In this document: in pieces, positions 1 to 17,831 of the stretch
How the letters are laid out: each line of letters opens with the position of its first letter
Position numbering within the stretch: position 1 is the stretch's first letter
Origin: Felis catus
Taxonomy: Eukaryota
DNA: 64,000 nt
Assembly (NCBI RefSeq): GCF_018350175.1
Contig: NC_058382.1
Coordinates: 49,602,001 to 49,666,000 of the forward strand
Reading direction: 5' to 3'
Position numbers and translations under genes: made by a program
Notes under the pieces: model-generated
What the model was told of the DNA's origin: nothing
Seen by the model: only the letters and a program-made list of their open reading frames with translations
Database searches by the model: none

Positions 1-2870
1 CAGGGCATTACTACTACGTTTTACCGGGACTGCCAAAATCACCCACGAAGCACTAGAAGGCACTAAGGTGGTTACTAGACATGGAGGAGATCCCCCCAAC
101 CCGCGCCCAGACACCCAGATACTTCAACTCAAGCCCCTCCACTCCTGCTACACTGGAAGGGTCTCCCCTCCGACAAATTTCCTTCAACAGAAAAGGTTTC
201 CGGCTCCTTCCCCAGTAATCCCTGGTCTAACTTTGCCCATTATGATAATACAAAGGTAAACCTTTCTTGGGAGTTTTGGAAACTCGGGGTTCCTGGTGGC
301 TCGCTCTCTGGACAACTGTTCTCTCAGGTCCTAAAACTAGCATTCTCTCAGCTAAGGTCCCCATCTGCTGCCCACCCTCTTACACACAGCTCCCCTGTGA
401 CCTTGAGCCTGTCCCCACCATGCCCCTGCCCCTTTGCCTAACCTCCAGGACTGCCAGTCACTTAAGCACCTACCCTAGGATTTCCTAGGAAATAGGCAGC
501 TCCCCAGGGCTTGTCCCACCTCCCAGAGATCATCACCCCTATACCACTCTAGTGCTCCACAGAGACAATAAAAATGCACAGTTCATTTTGGCCCTATTAG
601 GCACCACGGTCCAAGTCGATGCCATTCCAGGAAATCCCTCTAAATTCCCCCAAAGGGAAGTCCTACCTACAAGGCATTGCCAGGAAAACAATCAAAGGTG
701 CACAAACCCAATCAGATGTAACTATTAGGACCATTGGCCTCAAACAGCTTCCTCTGGTGGTGGCCCCTGTCTCCTCCTTTCCAGACATGGATAAATTGAC
801 ACCTTCATGGCACACGGACCAAGCTCAAGCTCTTGACCTTCCTTGTGGGACTCACCAAATAGATGCCATGGACTCTTCCTCACCAGGCGAGGACAGAAAA
901 CATTCCCGAATACAGAATTACACAAGCAATGAAAGCCAAGGCCCTGTCCTTAAAGATGTGATGACAGGAGGGCTGCCTGGCTGGCTCAGTTGGTAAAGCA
1001 TGCAACTCTTGGTTCAGGGTGGTGAGTTCAATGGATTTGCTAGAGCTAATTGGGTATGCAGCTTAATTAAAAAAAAAAAAAGATAAAGAGTCATGAAGCC
1101 CACAATCTCCCCTTTTAACAGCCCCGTTTGGCCAGTACTTAAGCCAGTCACTAATGCTGGCACCTGACCATCGACTCAAGTTCCCCTGATTAAGGCTCCG
1201 AGTCCTAAGGACATAGAACGGACCCAAGGAGCATCACTGACATAGCTAATATGTTCTGTCTGTTCCCATCGCCAAGGAATCCCAGGCCCAATCTGGTTTC
1301 ACTTTGGAAGGAACTACTTTTATGCAGTTCCCAATGGGATATTTAAACACTCTTCCAATTATGTGTGACCTCTGCCACCAGGATGTAAATACCTTATAGT
1401 AAGAGGTACGGTTTGGGCCATTCCAATGATGACAGTCTGCTGAGGGGTCCCTCCGGGGAAGCGGTACGGCCAGATCTGCACAGCTTCACGGGCCACTTAT
1501 GCCACACAGGATCCAAGGCCCCGCGTCATCTGCCACATTTCTGGCATCATCTGGTCCCGTGGGGGCTGGTAAATTCCCCCGGCCATCACACACGAATTAC
1601 TCACCATCAAACCACCCACTAGACTCAAACAGGCACAAAATCTATTGAGCCGTTTCATGTTCTAGAAGAAACATCCTTCATCCCTCACGCCCTCCGTACA
1701 CAACCACACGCGTGTCTGTCACCCTCCGCCAGAGCCAGACCCCACAGTGCCCTTGGGAAGCCACTAGCACGCAGGCCAGCATGCCTCCCTGTAGTCCCCC
1801 CGGCTTCATGTTGGGACTCAAGTCCTCGGCCACGCCTGACTATGCCTCCTGGAGACTCTGGAGCAAACGCGGCCTACCCGACTTCACGTGGGGTTTTGGC
1901 CTAAGAGCCTTCCCCCAGGGGCAGCCCAATAAATGCCCCTTGAGCGCCTGCTTCTGGAATCCTACTGAGCTCTTTTAGAAACCAAGGCCCTACCCAGCCC
2001 CCACCCAGAAGGACTCCACAAACAAGCGCCTGGACTGCCCGAGGTAGAGACGTGCCTAGAGAACGTAGCAGAGCCCCTGATGCCTCCTCGGGGAAACGGG
2101 ACCTCAGGAGAGGACTAAGGCCGCCATCAAAGGCTGTTCCCTTGCCCTTGACCGAGAGCCTTGAGGAAGTGCTGGCAACACCCTGCTTCCTCCTCCGGGT
2201 ACCTGGGGACCCAACAGCCTGCATGGACGGGGAGTGCATTCTTCACCGATGGCACCCCACCCTCGCACTCGAGCAGCTGGCTGGGAGCCACGGCACCCCG
2301 GCCTCAGGCGCCTTGCTGGCCGAGGAGGGGGCTCTGACCCAGTCCCCTGGCGGAACCTGTGGCTGTGGCCTTGCCCTTGAGGAGCCGGCAAGATGGGGCC
2401 TTCCGCAGGCCCACGCCTTCACAGACTCCTGGGCTTTTGCTAGCATATAGCAGGTCACCGAGGCTGGGCGGCAAAGGGACCGACCTCTTTTCAGGCAATG
2501 GCCCCCGCAAGAAATGTCTAAATGACACTTGCCCCCCAATTTCTGTACATCAAATGTTGTTACAAGCTACTGGCCAAATTTGTGTGTCAGAGACCTTGCC
2601 GATGGCCCCAGATGTTAAGAAATTCCACAACATTACCTAAATCTTTGAAGAGACTCCTGGGGATCCTGAGCTCACCGACCGACCTATTTTCATGGCTGGA
2701 CTCTAGGTCTGGGACAGTGGCCACGGACTAGATTGGCTTGAGCTTCCAACGACAAGGCATCCACGTGAGAGACGGCGATCTCCAAAACACACACCGCCAG
2801 TCTGTGGATACGGGCCCCAGCTGCCCCTCACCCCTCCCACCTCTGGTTTCCTTTGTTTTAGAGAGTTCTG
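1..2870 (+). mobile_element. Decayed class III (ERV-L-like) endogenous retrovirus internal region (pro-pol)
   Basis: Degenerate motifs in the expected order: protease-like FILALLGTTVQVDAIPG (~583-633), RT SPFNSPVWPVLKP (~1108-1146), MQFPMGYLN (~1322-1348), HSNDDSLL resembling HYIDD (~1419-1442), RNase H AFTDSWAFA (~2414-2440). Many stops and frameshifts; SINE inserted at ~969-1081. Ends approximate. Confidence 0.7.
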
Positions 2871-2959
2871 GTTGACTTGGGTAATGGACTCTTCGACCTC
2901 TTTTTCCCTTCCTGGGCTTTCATTCGCGCAGTTACATTTTATTTATTTATTTTTAATTT

Positions 2960-3367
2960 ATTCTAATTTTTTTTATTTTATTTTAGAGAGAGTAAGCAGG
3001 GAGACGAGTAGAGGGAGAGAGAGAATCTTTTTTTATTTAATTTTTATTTTTTCCTTTTTCTTGAGACAGCCTGGGGGAGGGGCAGAGAGAGAGGGAGGGA
3101 GGGAGAGAATCCCCAGCAGGCTCTGGGGCACTGTCAGGGCAGAGCTTGTCGTGGCACCTTGAACTCATCAACTGTGAGATCATGACCTGAGCCGAAACCA
3201 AGAGTCCAATGCTTAACTGCCTGGGCCACCCAGGCGCCCCAAGATCGAGAGTCTTAAGCAGGCTCCACTTGGCACAGAGCCCAACCTGGTGCTGGATCCC
3301 AGAACCCTGGGATCATGACCTGAGCCCAAATCAAGAGTCACTCAACCAACCGAGCCACCCAGGCGCA
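2960..3367 (-). mobile_element. Two nested CanSINEs
   Basis: Two copies of the reverse-complemented head (…gccacccaggcgcccc) with CT-rich/poly-T tails. Confidence 0.85.
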
Positions 3368-3744
3368 CCCCCTGCAGTTATGTTTTCAACCCACCAATAA
3401 AGAGTGAACCTTGAAACGCCAGGCCCTTGTATCACTTCCCACTGGAGGGACCTGCCTGCTGCTGGGTTGAGCTCCCCGGGAGGAGAAGCCTGGTCCACAG
3501 AGGAACGACTCCTGCCATCTGAGCCCACAGAATAGTTGGGGGCAGTGACGCGACAGTCCAGCGGAGTACAAGTGCCCTAACAGCAGGGCATCCTAGGTGC
3601 CCAGGGAGAGGGAGGACTGAGAAGGGGCGGGGGAGTGGGTACATCTAAGTCTGGCTGAGGCTACAAATCTGACATGCCCAGAGCGCCAGATTGTGGGAGC
3701 AACTTGGCCTGCTGGTCATCGTCCTCAATTTCTTAACATTTCTT

Positions 3745-3951
3745 TCTTTTTGAGAGAGAGACAGAGACAGAGCACAAGCAGGGGAGGGCCAGAGAGAGAC
3801 ACACACACACACACACACACAGAATCCAAAGCAGGCTCCAGGCTCTGAGCTGTCAGCAGAGACCCTGACACGGGGCTCGAACTCCCAAACCGTGAGATCA
3901 TGACCTGAGCCGAAGTCAGATACTTAACTGAATGAGCCACCCAAGTGCCCC
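3745..3951 (-). mobile_element. CanSINE with internal (CA)n
   Basis: Typical body (ctgtcagcagagaccctgacacggggctcgaactc) and head. Confidence 0.85.
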
Positions 3952-6004
3952 TCATCACCCTTGATTTCTTTTCATTGTACAGACCGAGCGATGCTCCCGG
4001 TAACGGTCCCTCTGTTCTGTCCCAGGGCTGCCGGCCTGAAGAAACGGTCTCCCTATCTTGGCAGGGCAGGACCCTGGAGGCCACTCGTTAGAGTAACTGC
4101 GTCCACCTGGCCCAGGCCCTCGGGGTCCCAACACGCGGCCATCGGCAGCTCAATTCTGTAGTAGTGCCTCCTACCCCCGTCCTGGCCTGGCGTGGGGAGC
4201 CCAAGTGAACTTCTGAGCCCTGCTGGGGCCGCTCTCCAGCACATTCTCTACTGCTTCAGGAGGTGGGCATGTCTCCCGAGGCTTCCCGTGGACCAGTCAT
4301 CCCCTGGGAGTTCTGCCCTATGCAGCACACTCCCTCTATCACGTCTACTTCTGCCCCTCACAACCCTCCCCTGCCAGACAACTCTGGCATTTCCTCCTCA
4401 TTGGCCGTGGCCCAGGGATGCCTTCCGCGCTCCCGGCAGCCATTCTGGCAGCACGTGGGCACCGTTCGCTGGGGGCCTGGCCAGGGGCTTGCACCTTTGA
4501 CCTGGAACAATGCTCCCAAATCAACAAAATCTCTCCCCGTGCCGGTGTGAGGTTCTGGTCCTCTTGACCCAGCACTCCTGGCGTCCAGGCGCCATCTTGC
4601 TCACACGGGCCCAAAGGGCCCTTGGGGCACAGCGTCCTTCATCTCTTAGCAGGCCTGGCGCAGCATCGCGGCCAGAAGGGGACGTGGGGCCGACGCTGGG
4701 GGTGCCTGCTGTCCTGCAGGACCCTGACCTCGTGGCCGAGCTGCGTTCGCCTAGGTCAGCCTTGGAAGCCGCTGCTCCATGATGCAGTCCCGGACCCAGT
4801 CCTCAGCTTTCTCTGCTGTGAGAACACAGGCAGGGAGCACCTCTTCCCATGCTCCCAACAGGGCAACGCTGGCTCTCCCGGGGAGCTTTGAATTGCCCGT
4901 GAATCAGTCTCAGCCTTTTCGTTTCTCTTCCCCCAAACCTTAACTGTGCTTAGCAACAGCCACGCCATTTCACTGCCCTGATGGTGTCTGCCTCCCTCCA
5001 TGTTTTTATCAAACTCCTGATACATGGAACCCACTGGTGAACTCTCGTCCACCAGAACACTGCCCCGTTCATCGGTGGTGGACACTTCAACAGCTTGTTA
5101 CCTTGTGCCAGGGACACAGGCCGGGAGTCCCCGCTGCCAGCCAGCAGCCCTAGGTCCAGCTCCAGAACCCCATCCTGGCATCTGCTTCCTGGGGCCCACC
5201 CTAGATGGAGACCAGCGGGAGAAAAGTTTCTCAGAGGGACCTCCCTACCTGGTTCAGGAAGGACCGGCTGCAGAGTCAGGCGGAGAAAGAAAGGGCTCTT
5301 CCCTCCTCATCCCCATTTTAGGTGAAGAGATTGGGCGTTTACAAACCCCCTGACCAATCAGGGCTGTGGCTGCCCAGAAAGGAGGCGTGGCCTTCTTCTC
5401 AATCGTTCTCTTCAGCTGAGGAAATTTCCAGAGAGGACTGACAGCTGAGGTTGCCAGCGGCTGGGCTGTAAACCGCCCCAGGATCCACCAGGCTGTGGGT
5501 ACAGACGCTGGCTGATGGGTGACCCGTGAGTAGTGACTCACGGTGAGTAGTGACATGGGTGACTGTGACATCCTGCAGTTCTGAAGGGCGAACATTCTCG
5601 TCGGATCCATTCAGATGTTTCAGGTAGGTAGGAAGAAGCAAGTTCGCCTGTGGACAGAAAGTGGGAAGCATGCGTTGTGTCAAACACGGTTCAGCTCAGA
5701 ACAAGAAGAGGGGGCAGCTGTCCTACAGAGGGTCTCTTAGCAAAGTGGGACAGACTCCCGGATAAACAGTGGAACTTCTTGATTAACTGTACTTAACTAA
5801 TTGCAAAAATTCGTATTTGGAACAACTTGGATATAAATCAAACTTTGATTTATAAATCAAACCCGTTCAGCTGTAATTTTTAGGAAACTTAAAGGCAGAT
5901 CAAGAATCCCTGATGAAAATTTAGCATCTTACGTGACATGTGCTGGAAGTGCAAGTTACACACTGGACTTCAAAGAGAGAAAAAGAATGTAAAATATACC
6001 ATTA

Positions 6005-6129
6005 GGGGCACCTGGGTGGCTCAGTCGGTTGCATATCTGACTCCTGATTTAGGCTCAGGTCATGATCCCAGGGTTGTGAGATCGAGCCCCATGTTGGGCT
6101 CTGCACTAAGCATGGAGCCTGCTTAAGAT

Positions 6130-6178
<49 letters not shown>

Positions 6179-6468
6179 TTGCCTTTCTTTTTTTTTTTTT
6201 TTCAACGTTTATTTATTTTTGGGACAGAGAGAGACAGAGCATGAACGGGGGAGGGGCAGAGAGAGAGGGAGACACAGAATCGGAAACAGGCTCCAGGCTC
6301 TGAGCCATCAGCCCAGAGCCTGACGCGGGGCTCGAACTCGCGGACCGCGAGATCGTGACCTGGCTGAAGTCGGACGCTTAACCGACTGCGCCACCCAGGC
6401 GCCCCTCTCCCTTTGCCTTTCAATCCCCTCTAAAATAAAATGAAATTAAATGAAATATAAAATAAAAC
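6005..6468 (+). mobile_element. Older CanSINE interrupted by a younger SINE
   Basis: Head ggggcacctgggtggctcagtcggtt at 6005, (CT)n tract, A-rich tail resuming after 6421. Confidence 0.8.
6188..6405 (-). mobile_element. Young felid SINE (SINEC_Fc-like)
   Basis: CpG-rich full-length copy flanked by a perfect 16-bp target-site duplication TCTCCCTTTGCCTTTC (6172-6187 and 6406-6421). Confidence 0.92.
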
Positions 6469-7439
6469 ATTGATTACATGTCAAAATGATACGTGGATAT
6501 ACTGGGTTAAATAAAAGGCAGTAATAAAATTAAATCACCTATTTCTTCTAACTTTTTTAGTAAGGCTACCAGATAATGCAAAATCACTTATCGCTTACCT
6601 TCTATTTTTGCACAGTACAGAGTTAGAAGGAAGAAAGGGGAGGGCACAGCCATGTGCTTCTCACATTGGCCACTAGATGACAATCTTAACCCAGGACTGC
6701 GATTTTCAGACTCTAGGAGGCAGCCTCCCGCAAGATCAATCTTGAAGGAAATCTGGAGAGAAACATGGAGATAAGGAGACAAGTAGGAGAAAGACCTGGG
6801 AGGGGAAAGGACGCTCTGAACCACCGGTGGTGTGTGGCCAGCGCTGTGACCAATGGCAGGAGGCTCAGCTGTGGGAGAATAAAGCAGAAGTGAATGGTTA
6901 GAATTCTGTCTGGGGCAATGGGTGCCCGCCCCCGGCCCACCTATGACAGCTGGTGCAGATGTCCTCGGGATAAATGGGTCGTGCGGAAACTCTGCAGGTG
7001 AGGAGCCGAGGAGGACAGAAAGACCACCTCCGTGGCCCCACCACCCCTCCAACCCCCTCTGGGTTCTGCTTCTTCCTGGGGACTGAGCACCAAATGCAGC
7101 CCAGAACAGTCTCCCGGGGGGAAGGGCAGTGCTGAGCTGTAGCTGCATTCCTGAGGCTCATCCACGGCTTCTGGGTCCTGAGCTCAGGGGACTGGCACCC
7201 AGCAGGCACGCTGGCCTCTCTCCGTGTGTGTCACAGGACCCAAGACTCTGTGCCCCGTGGGAATATGTGCTCTTAGTCCAAAATAAGGAGAATTCTGAGG
7301 ACCTCAGCTCCTTCAAAAGAAATCCACAAATGGGAATTACAGGTTCCATTGGAAACAGACTGGGGGGGCGGGGGGATGGACTGAGACAAAATAGGTTAAG
7401 AACCATATCAAGCAAGATGACATCATTGACTAGCAATAT

Positions 7440-9230
7440 CACATAAGAACAAGAAACTTGAAAAAGAAGGACCAACTAGAAATACTAGGCATGAAAACCA
7501 CAGTGACTGAAGTAAAGAACATAATAGAAGGATTAATAGTAGAACTAACGCAGTTGAGAAATTGATGGGTTAGAAGGTAGGTTAAGAAACTCTCTCGGAG
7601 GGGCACCTGGGTGGCTCAGTCGGTTGAGCAACCAACTCTTGATTTCAGCTCAGGACATGATCTCGGAGTTTGTGGGATTGAGACCTGTGTTGGGCTCCAC
7701 GCTGACAACACAGAGCCTGCTTAGGATTCTCTCTCTCCCTCTGTCTGTCCCTCCCCCACTCTCTCTCTCTCTCTCCCAAAATTAAATAAACATTAAAAAA
7801 TTCATCAAACTATACACAACTTGTGCTTTTTCTTGTATTATGTCATTCTTTCATAAAAAGCTCACTAGAGCAGGAGAGAACACATTGCTACACAGCTCAT
7901 GAGTTGAAGAAATCACAGTGGAAATAAAAAATACTTAGAACTGTATACTACATATCAAACTTTATGGGCTACAATGACAGCAATGCTTGGAAGGAAGTTT
8001 AAATCCTGAAATATGTATAATAGAAAAGAGGAAATGCAGAAAATTAATGAGCCAAACAGCCATATTAGAAAATCACAACAGAATGAAATTAGGAGGCTAG
8101 TGTTACTCTGAAACCAAAGCCAGATAAAACATTACAAAAAAAGAAACTTGTAGACCAGTATCTCTGATGAGTATAGAAGTGAAAGCCCTCCATAAAATAC
8201 CAACAAACCAAATCCAAAGGCATGCTAAAAAGATTATACACCATGGCCAAGTGGGATTTATCCCAAGCACACAAAGGTGGTTGGACCTAAGAGATGGAAC
8301 AGTGGAACGCACCACGTTAACCGAATGAAGAAAAACGCATATGATGATCTCAAATGGTGCAGGAAAAAAACCAAAAAACAAAAAGCCTTTGACAAAATTC
8401 AACATCCTTCCATGATAAAAAGCACAAAGAAAACTAAAAATACAAAAGAACTCACTCAATGATACAGGGCATTTATGAAAAACACATAGGTAACATTGTA
8501 TCCAACGGTGAAGGTTTGAAAGCCTTCCCTCTAAGATCAGGAAGAAGACAAAGAGGCCTGCTTTCACCACTGCTGACCCATATTATATCGGAAAGTATGG
8601 CCAGAACAATTTAGACAAGGAAAAAAAAAAAGTCATGGAAATTGGAAAGGAAAAAGTACAACTGTATCTATTTGCACATGACTTGATCCTACATACAGAA
8701 AATCCCAGGGGCACCTGACTGGTTCAGTCAGTAGAGCATGTGACTCTTGATCTCAGGGTTTTGAGTTCAAGCCCCACATTGGGTGTGGAGCCTATTTAAA
8801 ATTAAAAAAAAAAAATTAGGGGCGCCTGGGTTGCTCATTCGGTTAAGTGCTGGACTCTTGGTTTCAGCTCATATCAGGATCTCATGGTTGTGAGATCAAG
8901 CCCAGGGTCGGGCTCTGCACTGACAGCACAGATCCTGCTTGGGTTTCTCCCTCTCCCTCTCTCTCTGCCCCTCCCCTGCTGATGCTCTGTCTCTCTCCCT
9001 CTCAAAATAAATAAATAAACATTAAAAAGGTTTTTTTCATTAGAAAATCCCAAAGAATGGGCAAGCGAGTGATTCAAGCTAATAACTTCAGAGAAGTTTC
9101 AAGGTACAAGAACAACATGCAAACATCAGCTGAGGTTGTATATACCTACACCTGTAATAGACATTCTGAAAAGGAAATTAAGAAAGCTATCTCATTAACA
9201 ATAGCATCAAATTAGTGAAATATTACACAT
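7440..9230 (+). mobile_element. Old LINE-1 ORF1/ORF2 fragments, interrupted by SINEs (~7600-7800, ~8707-9025)
   Basis: L1 ORF2-like peptides [48 protein letters not shown]-rich plus strand. Confidence 0.85.
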
Positions 9231-9282
9231 TCAAAGCAATGTCCCAGCAAGATAGGATAAGGGCTTATAATTAACAAAATTT

Positions 9283-9482
9283 TTTTAATGTTTATTCATT
9301 TTGTGAGAGACAGCATGAGCGGGGGAGGGGCAGAGAGCGACGACGGAGACACAGAATCCGAAGCAGGCTCCAGGCTCTGAGCCATCAGCACAGAGTCGAA
9401 GGCGGGGCTTGAGCCACAAACCGTGAGATCACGACCTGAGCCGAAGTCAGACGCTTAACCGACTGAGCCACCCAGGTGCCCC
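9283..9482 (-). mobile_element. CanSINE
   Basis: Full head and body, flanked by aagggcttat on both sides (TSD-like). Confidence 0.85.
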
Positions 9483-10173
9483 AAGGGCTTATGATTTTAA
9501 AAAAGGGTGAGGATGGGGAGAAATTGGAACCCTCACACATCACTAGTGGCAAAGCAAAATGCGGCGGCTGCTGTGGAAAACGGGCCAGCATAGCTGGTGT
9601 CCACGTGCAGAGAGCCGCAGAAGAAAGCCCTCACCTGGAGGACAGGTGGGCAGAGAGCAGGAGGCCACATTGTCTCCAGGTTGGATGGACCGTGGGAGGG
9701 TGGCCCCTGGGAGGAACCAGGGCTGTGAGATCGCTGAGGGACCACCTGTGTTTCGGAGGGGCTGGGGCGGAGCCCCGTGAACACCCTCACACCTGCCATA
9801 CTGACCAATCCTCTAACCGCAGGAACCTTCCTCCTGCAGTGTCCCTCCAGAAACTTCTATGAGCAGATGTGACATTGTGTTCATTGTGCAAAAGAAATGC
9901 TTTCAGGAATTCCATCCATTATGGCAGAGCGGGTGTGTAAGTGTGAATTTGGAGCTGAGAGGCAATAAATTGATAGTTTTGGACACACACTGCCCTGGCC
10001 GTGCACAATCTCAGCGTTAATCCCACGAGCCTTTCCTAGAAACCTACCAGAGAATGAACTTCCCTCATCAAACTGGCTACAGAGGCACGGCCACGAAGAC
10101 CAGCGGTGAGCCCCAAATTCCCAATCACTCAAGGGCTGAGCGGTCCAACAACTATTTGAAACTGGGGACAGAA

Positions 10174-10382
10174 GGGGCACCTAGGTGGCTTAGTCAGTTG
10201 AGCGTCTGACTTTGGCTGAGGTCATGATCTCACAGTTTGCGAGTTTGAGCCCCGCGTCGGGCTCTGGGCTGACAGCTCAGAGCCTGGAGCCTGCTTCTGA
10301 TTCTGTGTCTCCCCCTCTCTCTGCCCCTCTCCTGCTTGTGCTCTGTCTCTCTCTCTCTCTCATAAAAATAAATAAACATTAA
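10174..10382 (+). mobile_element. CanSINE
   Basis: Head, body, CT tract and AATAAA-rich tail. Confidence 0.85.
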
Positions 10383-10439
10383 TTTTTTTTAATCGAGGAC
10401 AGCAAAATACAATTTAACTGTTTTCACTCATTATATTGG

Positions 10440-11580
10440 TGAAGACAGTATTGTTCTCCCTCAGCTGATGTGTGTGATATGAGATGAAGCAGACATAAAT
10501 TTAGAATACTCTAGTTCCATCAGCCCCTGTGTCCTTGAGAGTGAAGCTTCTCATTCCTACATGCCAATGTATTCTATGTACAGTGAAGTAAAAACACCTT
10601 TGGTCTGTGATTTGAAATACCAGTAGGAACTCATGAGGTACTTCATCTTTCAAATTATTTACCTTCAAATACTTCCTTGCTCGGTCCACTGGAAAGGCCT
10701 AGAAACAATCTGATAACCATGAGCATCCCCCACACCCAGACTGTGGTCTTGAAATTCCTTTCCCAACTAAAAGAAACCAGGGATTTTTGGTCAGAGCGCT
10801 GATTCCGGGCCTGAGGTGTCTTGTCACATTGGACAGCAAGGAAGCTATGACACCCCTACCTGGACCATGTCACAACGCCTCTGAGCCAATGGGAGAAGCT
10901 CCCACTGGTTGAGGGGACACAACCTGAGCTTCAATAAGGACATAATTACGATGGATCAAAACCCTCATATATGTTTAAATCCACAGGAATGACATAATTC
11001 TAATATGCGAAAACATATTGAACTTGGGGCGCCTGCATGGCTCAGTCGGTTAAGGGTCCAACTCTTCATCTCAGCTAAGGACTTGATCTCAGGGTTGTGA
11101 GTTCAAGCCCCACACTGGGCTGTGTGCTGGGTGTGGAGCCTACTTTTAAAAAATTGGGTTGACTGGGTGGCTCAGCCCATTAAGTGATCAACTACGGGAT
11201 CAAGTCATGATCTCACAGTTTGTGGGTTCAAGCCCCTCATCAGGCTCTGTGCTGACAGCTCAGAGCCTGGAGCCTGCTTCAGATTCTGTGTCTTCCTCTC
11301 TCTCTCTCTCTCTGCCCCTCCCCGCTTCCCCTCAAAAATAAACATAAAAAAAAAACGCATAATGAACTGGGTTGCCTTTGGAGGATGATAGAGAACAAAT
11401 TCATTATCCTGAAAATCAGTGAAAGAAAAAACGTGAAAAAATTTCGTGAAGGAAAAGGAGGTAAACTTTCCCCTCCATGTGCTAAACCAACAGCACCACT
11501 GGGTAAATGACAGATGGGGGTGTCTCTATGGAAGTATTCTAGATAATATATGAGAAATGAGCGTTCAAATTAAGTTGCCT
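10440..11580 (+). mobile_element. Ancient L1 3'-end remnant (L1MC/MD-like) with two SINEs at ~11026-11355
   Basis: Resembles recalled L1M 3' UTR motifs (gaaaggcctagaaacaat…cagactgtggtc); subfamily not verifiable by eye. Confidence 0.45.
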
Positions 11581-12222
11581 CCAGCGTGCAAGCCCTGGAA
11601 GAACCAACGGACCCAGGCGGTGAGTGTCAGAGTCAGCTCACCTCACCGAAAGAGAGCCAGCCAGCCCTGAGGGCTCCTGACCAAGGAAGCGGCCCCCACC
11701 TACAGCCTGGCCAAGGGGGCGCCCCTGAGTCTGATCCGGCCTCTAGATTTAACTGCGGAACCCAGAAATACAGAGGACCAGGAGGGGGCCGCCAGGGCAC
11801 AGGGGACAAGCGCTGGTGCCTGTTGGATATTTCCCGACCTGCACAGGTTAGTGTGTATCCAGCCTGTGCAGCAGACCCCAGGCAGGGAAGGGCAAAGGGC
11901 AGGGGGGCGCAGGGGGCCAGAGGCAGGTGAAGGTGCCTGGAGCACAGGGTTGACGGCTACGGACTGCATAGCCTGGCGGAGGACTGCACCCTTCCAGAAA
12001 GCTCCTTGAGTAAAGTTGGCTCCAGCAGATAGAAACTCAGTTCTACCTCGAGTGGAGTCCTGAGCAGGGAGGATGGAAAATAGAGCTAGAGCTTTCTAAC
12101 AAAGCAGGATTAACTGGGAAAGACGCTGGTAACGCCGGCCCTGGGTCACAGTGATACTGCAGCCCCGCGTCTCCCAGGCCACACAGAGACACAGGGTAAC
12201 TCAGTGCCTCCCGTCACATGCT

Positions 12223-12228
12223 TTTATT
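12223..12228 (-). terminator. Polyadenylation signal of gene 1
   Basis: AATAAA on the minus strand about 40 nt after the stop codon. Confidence 0.8.
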
Positions 12229-12265
12229 GGAAACACTCGGGGTTGGGACGGTGGGAGAAAGAGGC

Positions 12266-16846
<4,581 letters not shown>

Positions 16847-16896
16847 GTTGCTGCAGTTGGGAAGGAAGGTGTGGGCTGACTGCCCTGAGGGCCCTG

Positions 16897-17092
16897 TTTT
16901 TAACTCCCCGGGGATACCACAAGCCCTGCCCAACCCCTGTGGCCCTGCCCAGCCAGAGAAGCCTGAGAGCCGCCCTCTCTGTTATCCACTGTTATCCAAG
17001 GACCTTGAGCGATAAGTGGGGGCCAAGCCCCTCTCACAGCCTGGCCTCGCTCTCTGCCCGAGATGCCCCAGCCCCTGGGAAAAGGGCAGCTG
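16897..17092 (-). promoter_or_regulatory. Pancreatic acinar promoter of gene 1 (PTF1 site, NR5A2/GATA module, TATA-like box)
   Basis: Minus strand: CAGCTG-CCCT-TTTCCCA (17092-17076) is a canonical PTF1 E-box plus TC-box; TCAAGGTCCTTGGATAA (17008-16992); TTAAAAA (16903-16897) ~50 nt upstream of the ATG. Confidence 0.8.
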
Positions 17093-17623
17093 TCCTGATG
17101 CAACATCCCCCCTAAGACTCGGCAGTGCCTGGCATCCTAAAGGCTCTGTCGGCAATGCCAGCACCCGGGCCAGGAGCTTGGGCCCCGCAGAGCCCAGCTC
17201 CGTGCAGCCTTTGCCAGTCCCAGAGGCAGAGACCCAGCCGCTGCCAGTGCAACAGGGAGGGACCCCAGCTCCTAATTACAGGCAATCCCACCACGGGGTC
17301 CAGGAACCCCAGCTGTGCTCACTGGGAGGCCTCCAGCATGGCGAACACAGGCTGCAGGTTCCCAGCAAAGAGTACTTTCACCCAGTATCATCCACAAGTA
17401 TTCTATAAATGTCCTGGCTTTTCCAGAGGGTCACGTTCAAACCAGCCCAGCCAAGCAGCTTCTGAGTGCGGGGGAGGGGGGGTGGGGGGGTGGTGAGTGG
17501 CCCCTGTAGGCCACTAGCGATGCAAGGCTGGCAAACACCCAGGGCTCAACTGAATCTCTTTCTGTGGTAACTCACAATTTAAGGAACTGTAAATAGCTTC
17601 GTGTCCTAGAAAATGGGGCTCTG

Positions 17624-17831
17624 AGGTGTGCCTGGGTGGCTCAGTTGGTTGAGCAACCAACTTTGGCTCAGGTCATGGTTTCATGGTTCATCGGTTCGAG
17701 CCCCGCATCGGGCTCTGTGCTGACAGCTCAGAGCCCGGAGCCTGCTTCGGATTCTGTGTCTCCCTCTCTCCCTCTGCCCTTCTCCCTCTCGTGCTCTGTT
17801 TCTGTCTCTCAAGAATAAACATTTAAAAAAA
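17624..17831 (+). mobile_element. CanSINE
   Basis: Head, body, CT tract, A tail; aaatggggct/aagtggggct flanks. Confidence 0.85.

Noticed and set aside
5254..5683. Overlapping ORFs and splice-donor-like motifs with a short tandem duplication (gtgagtagtgac)
   Set aside because: No recognisable protein similarity or coherent exon chain.
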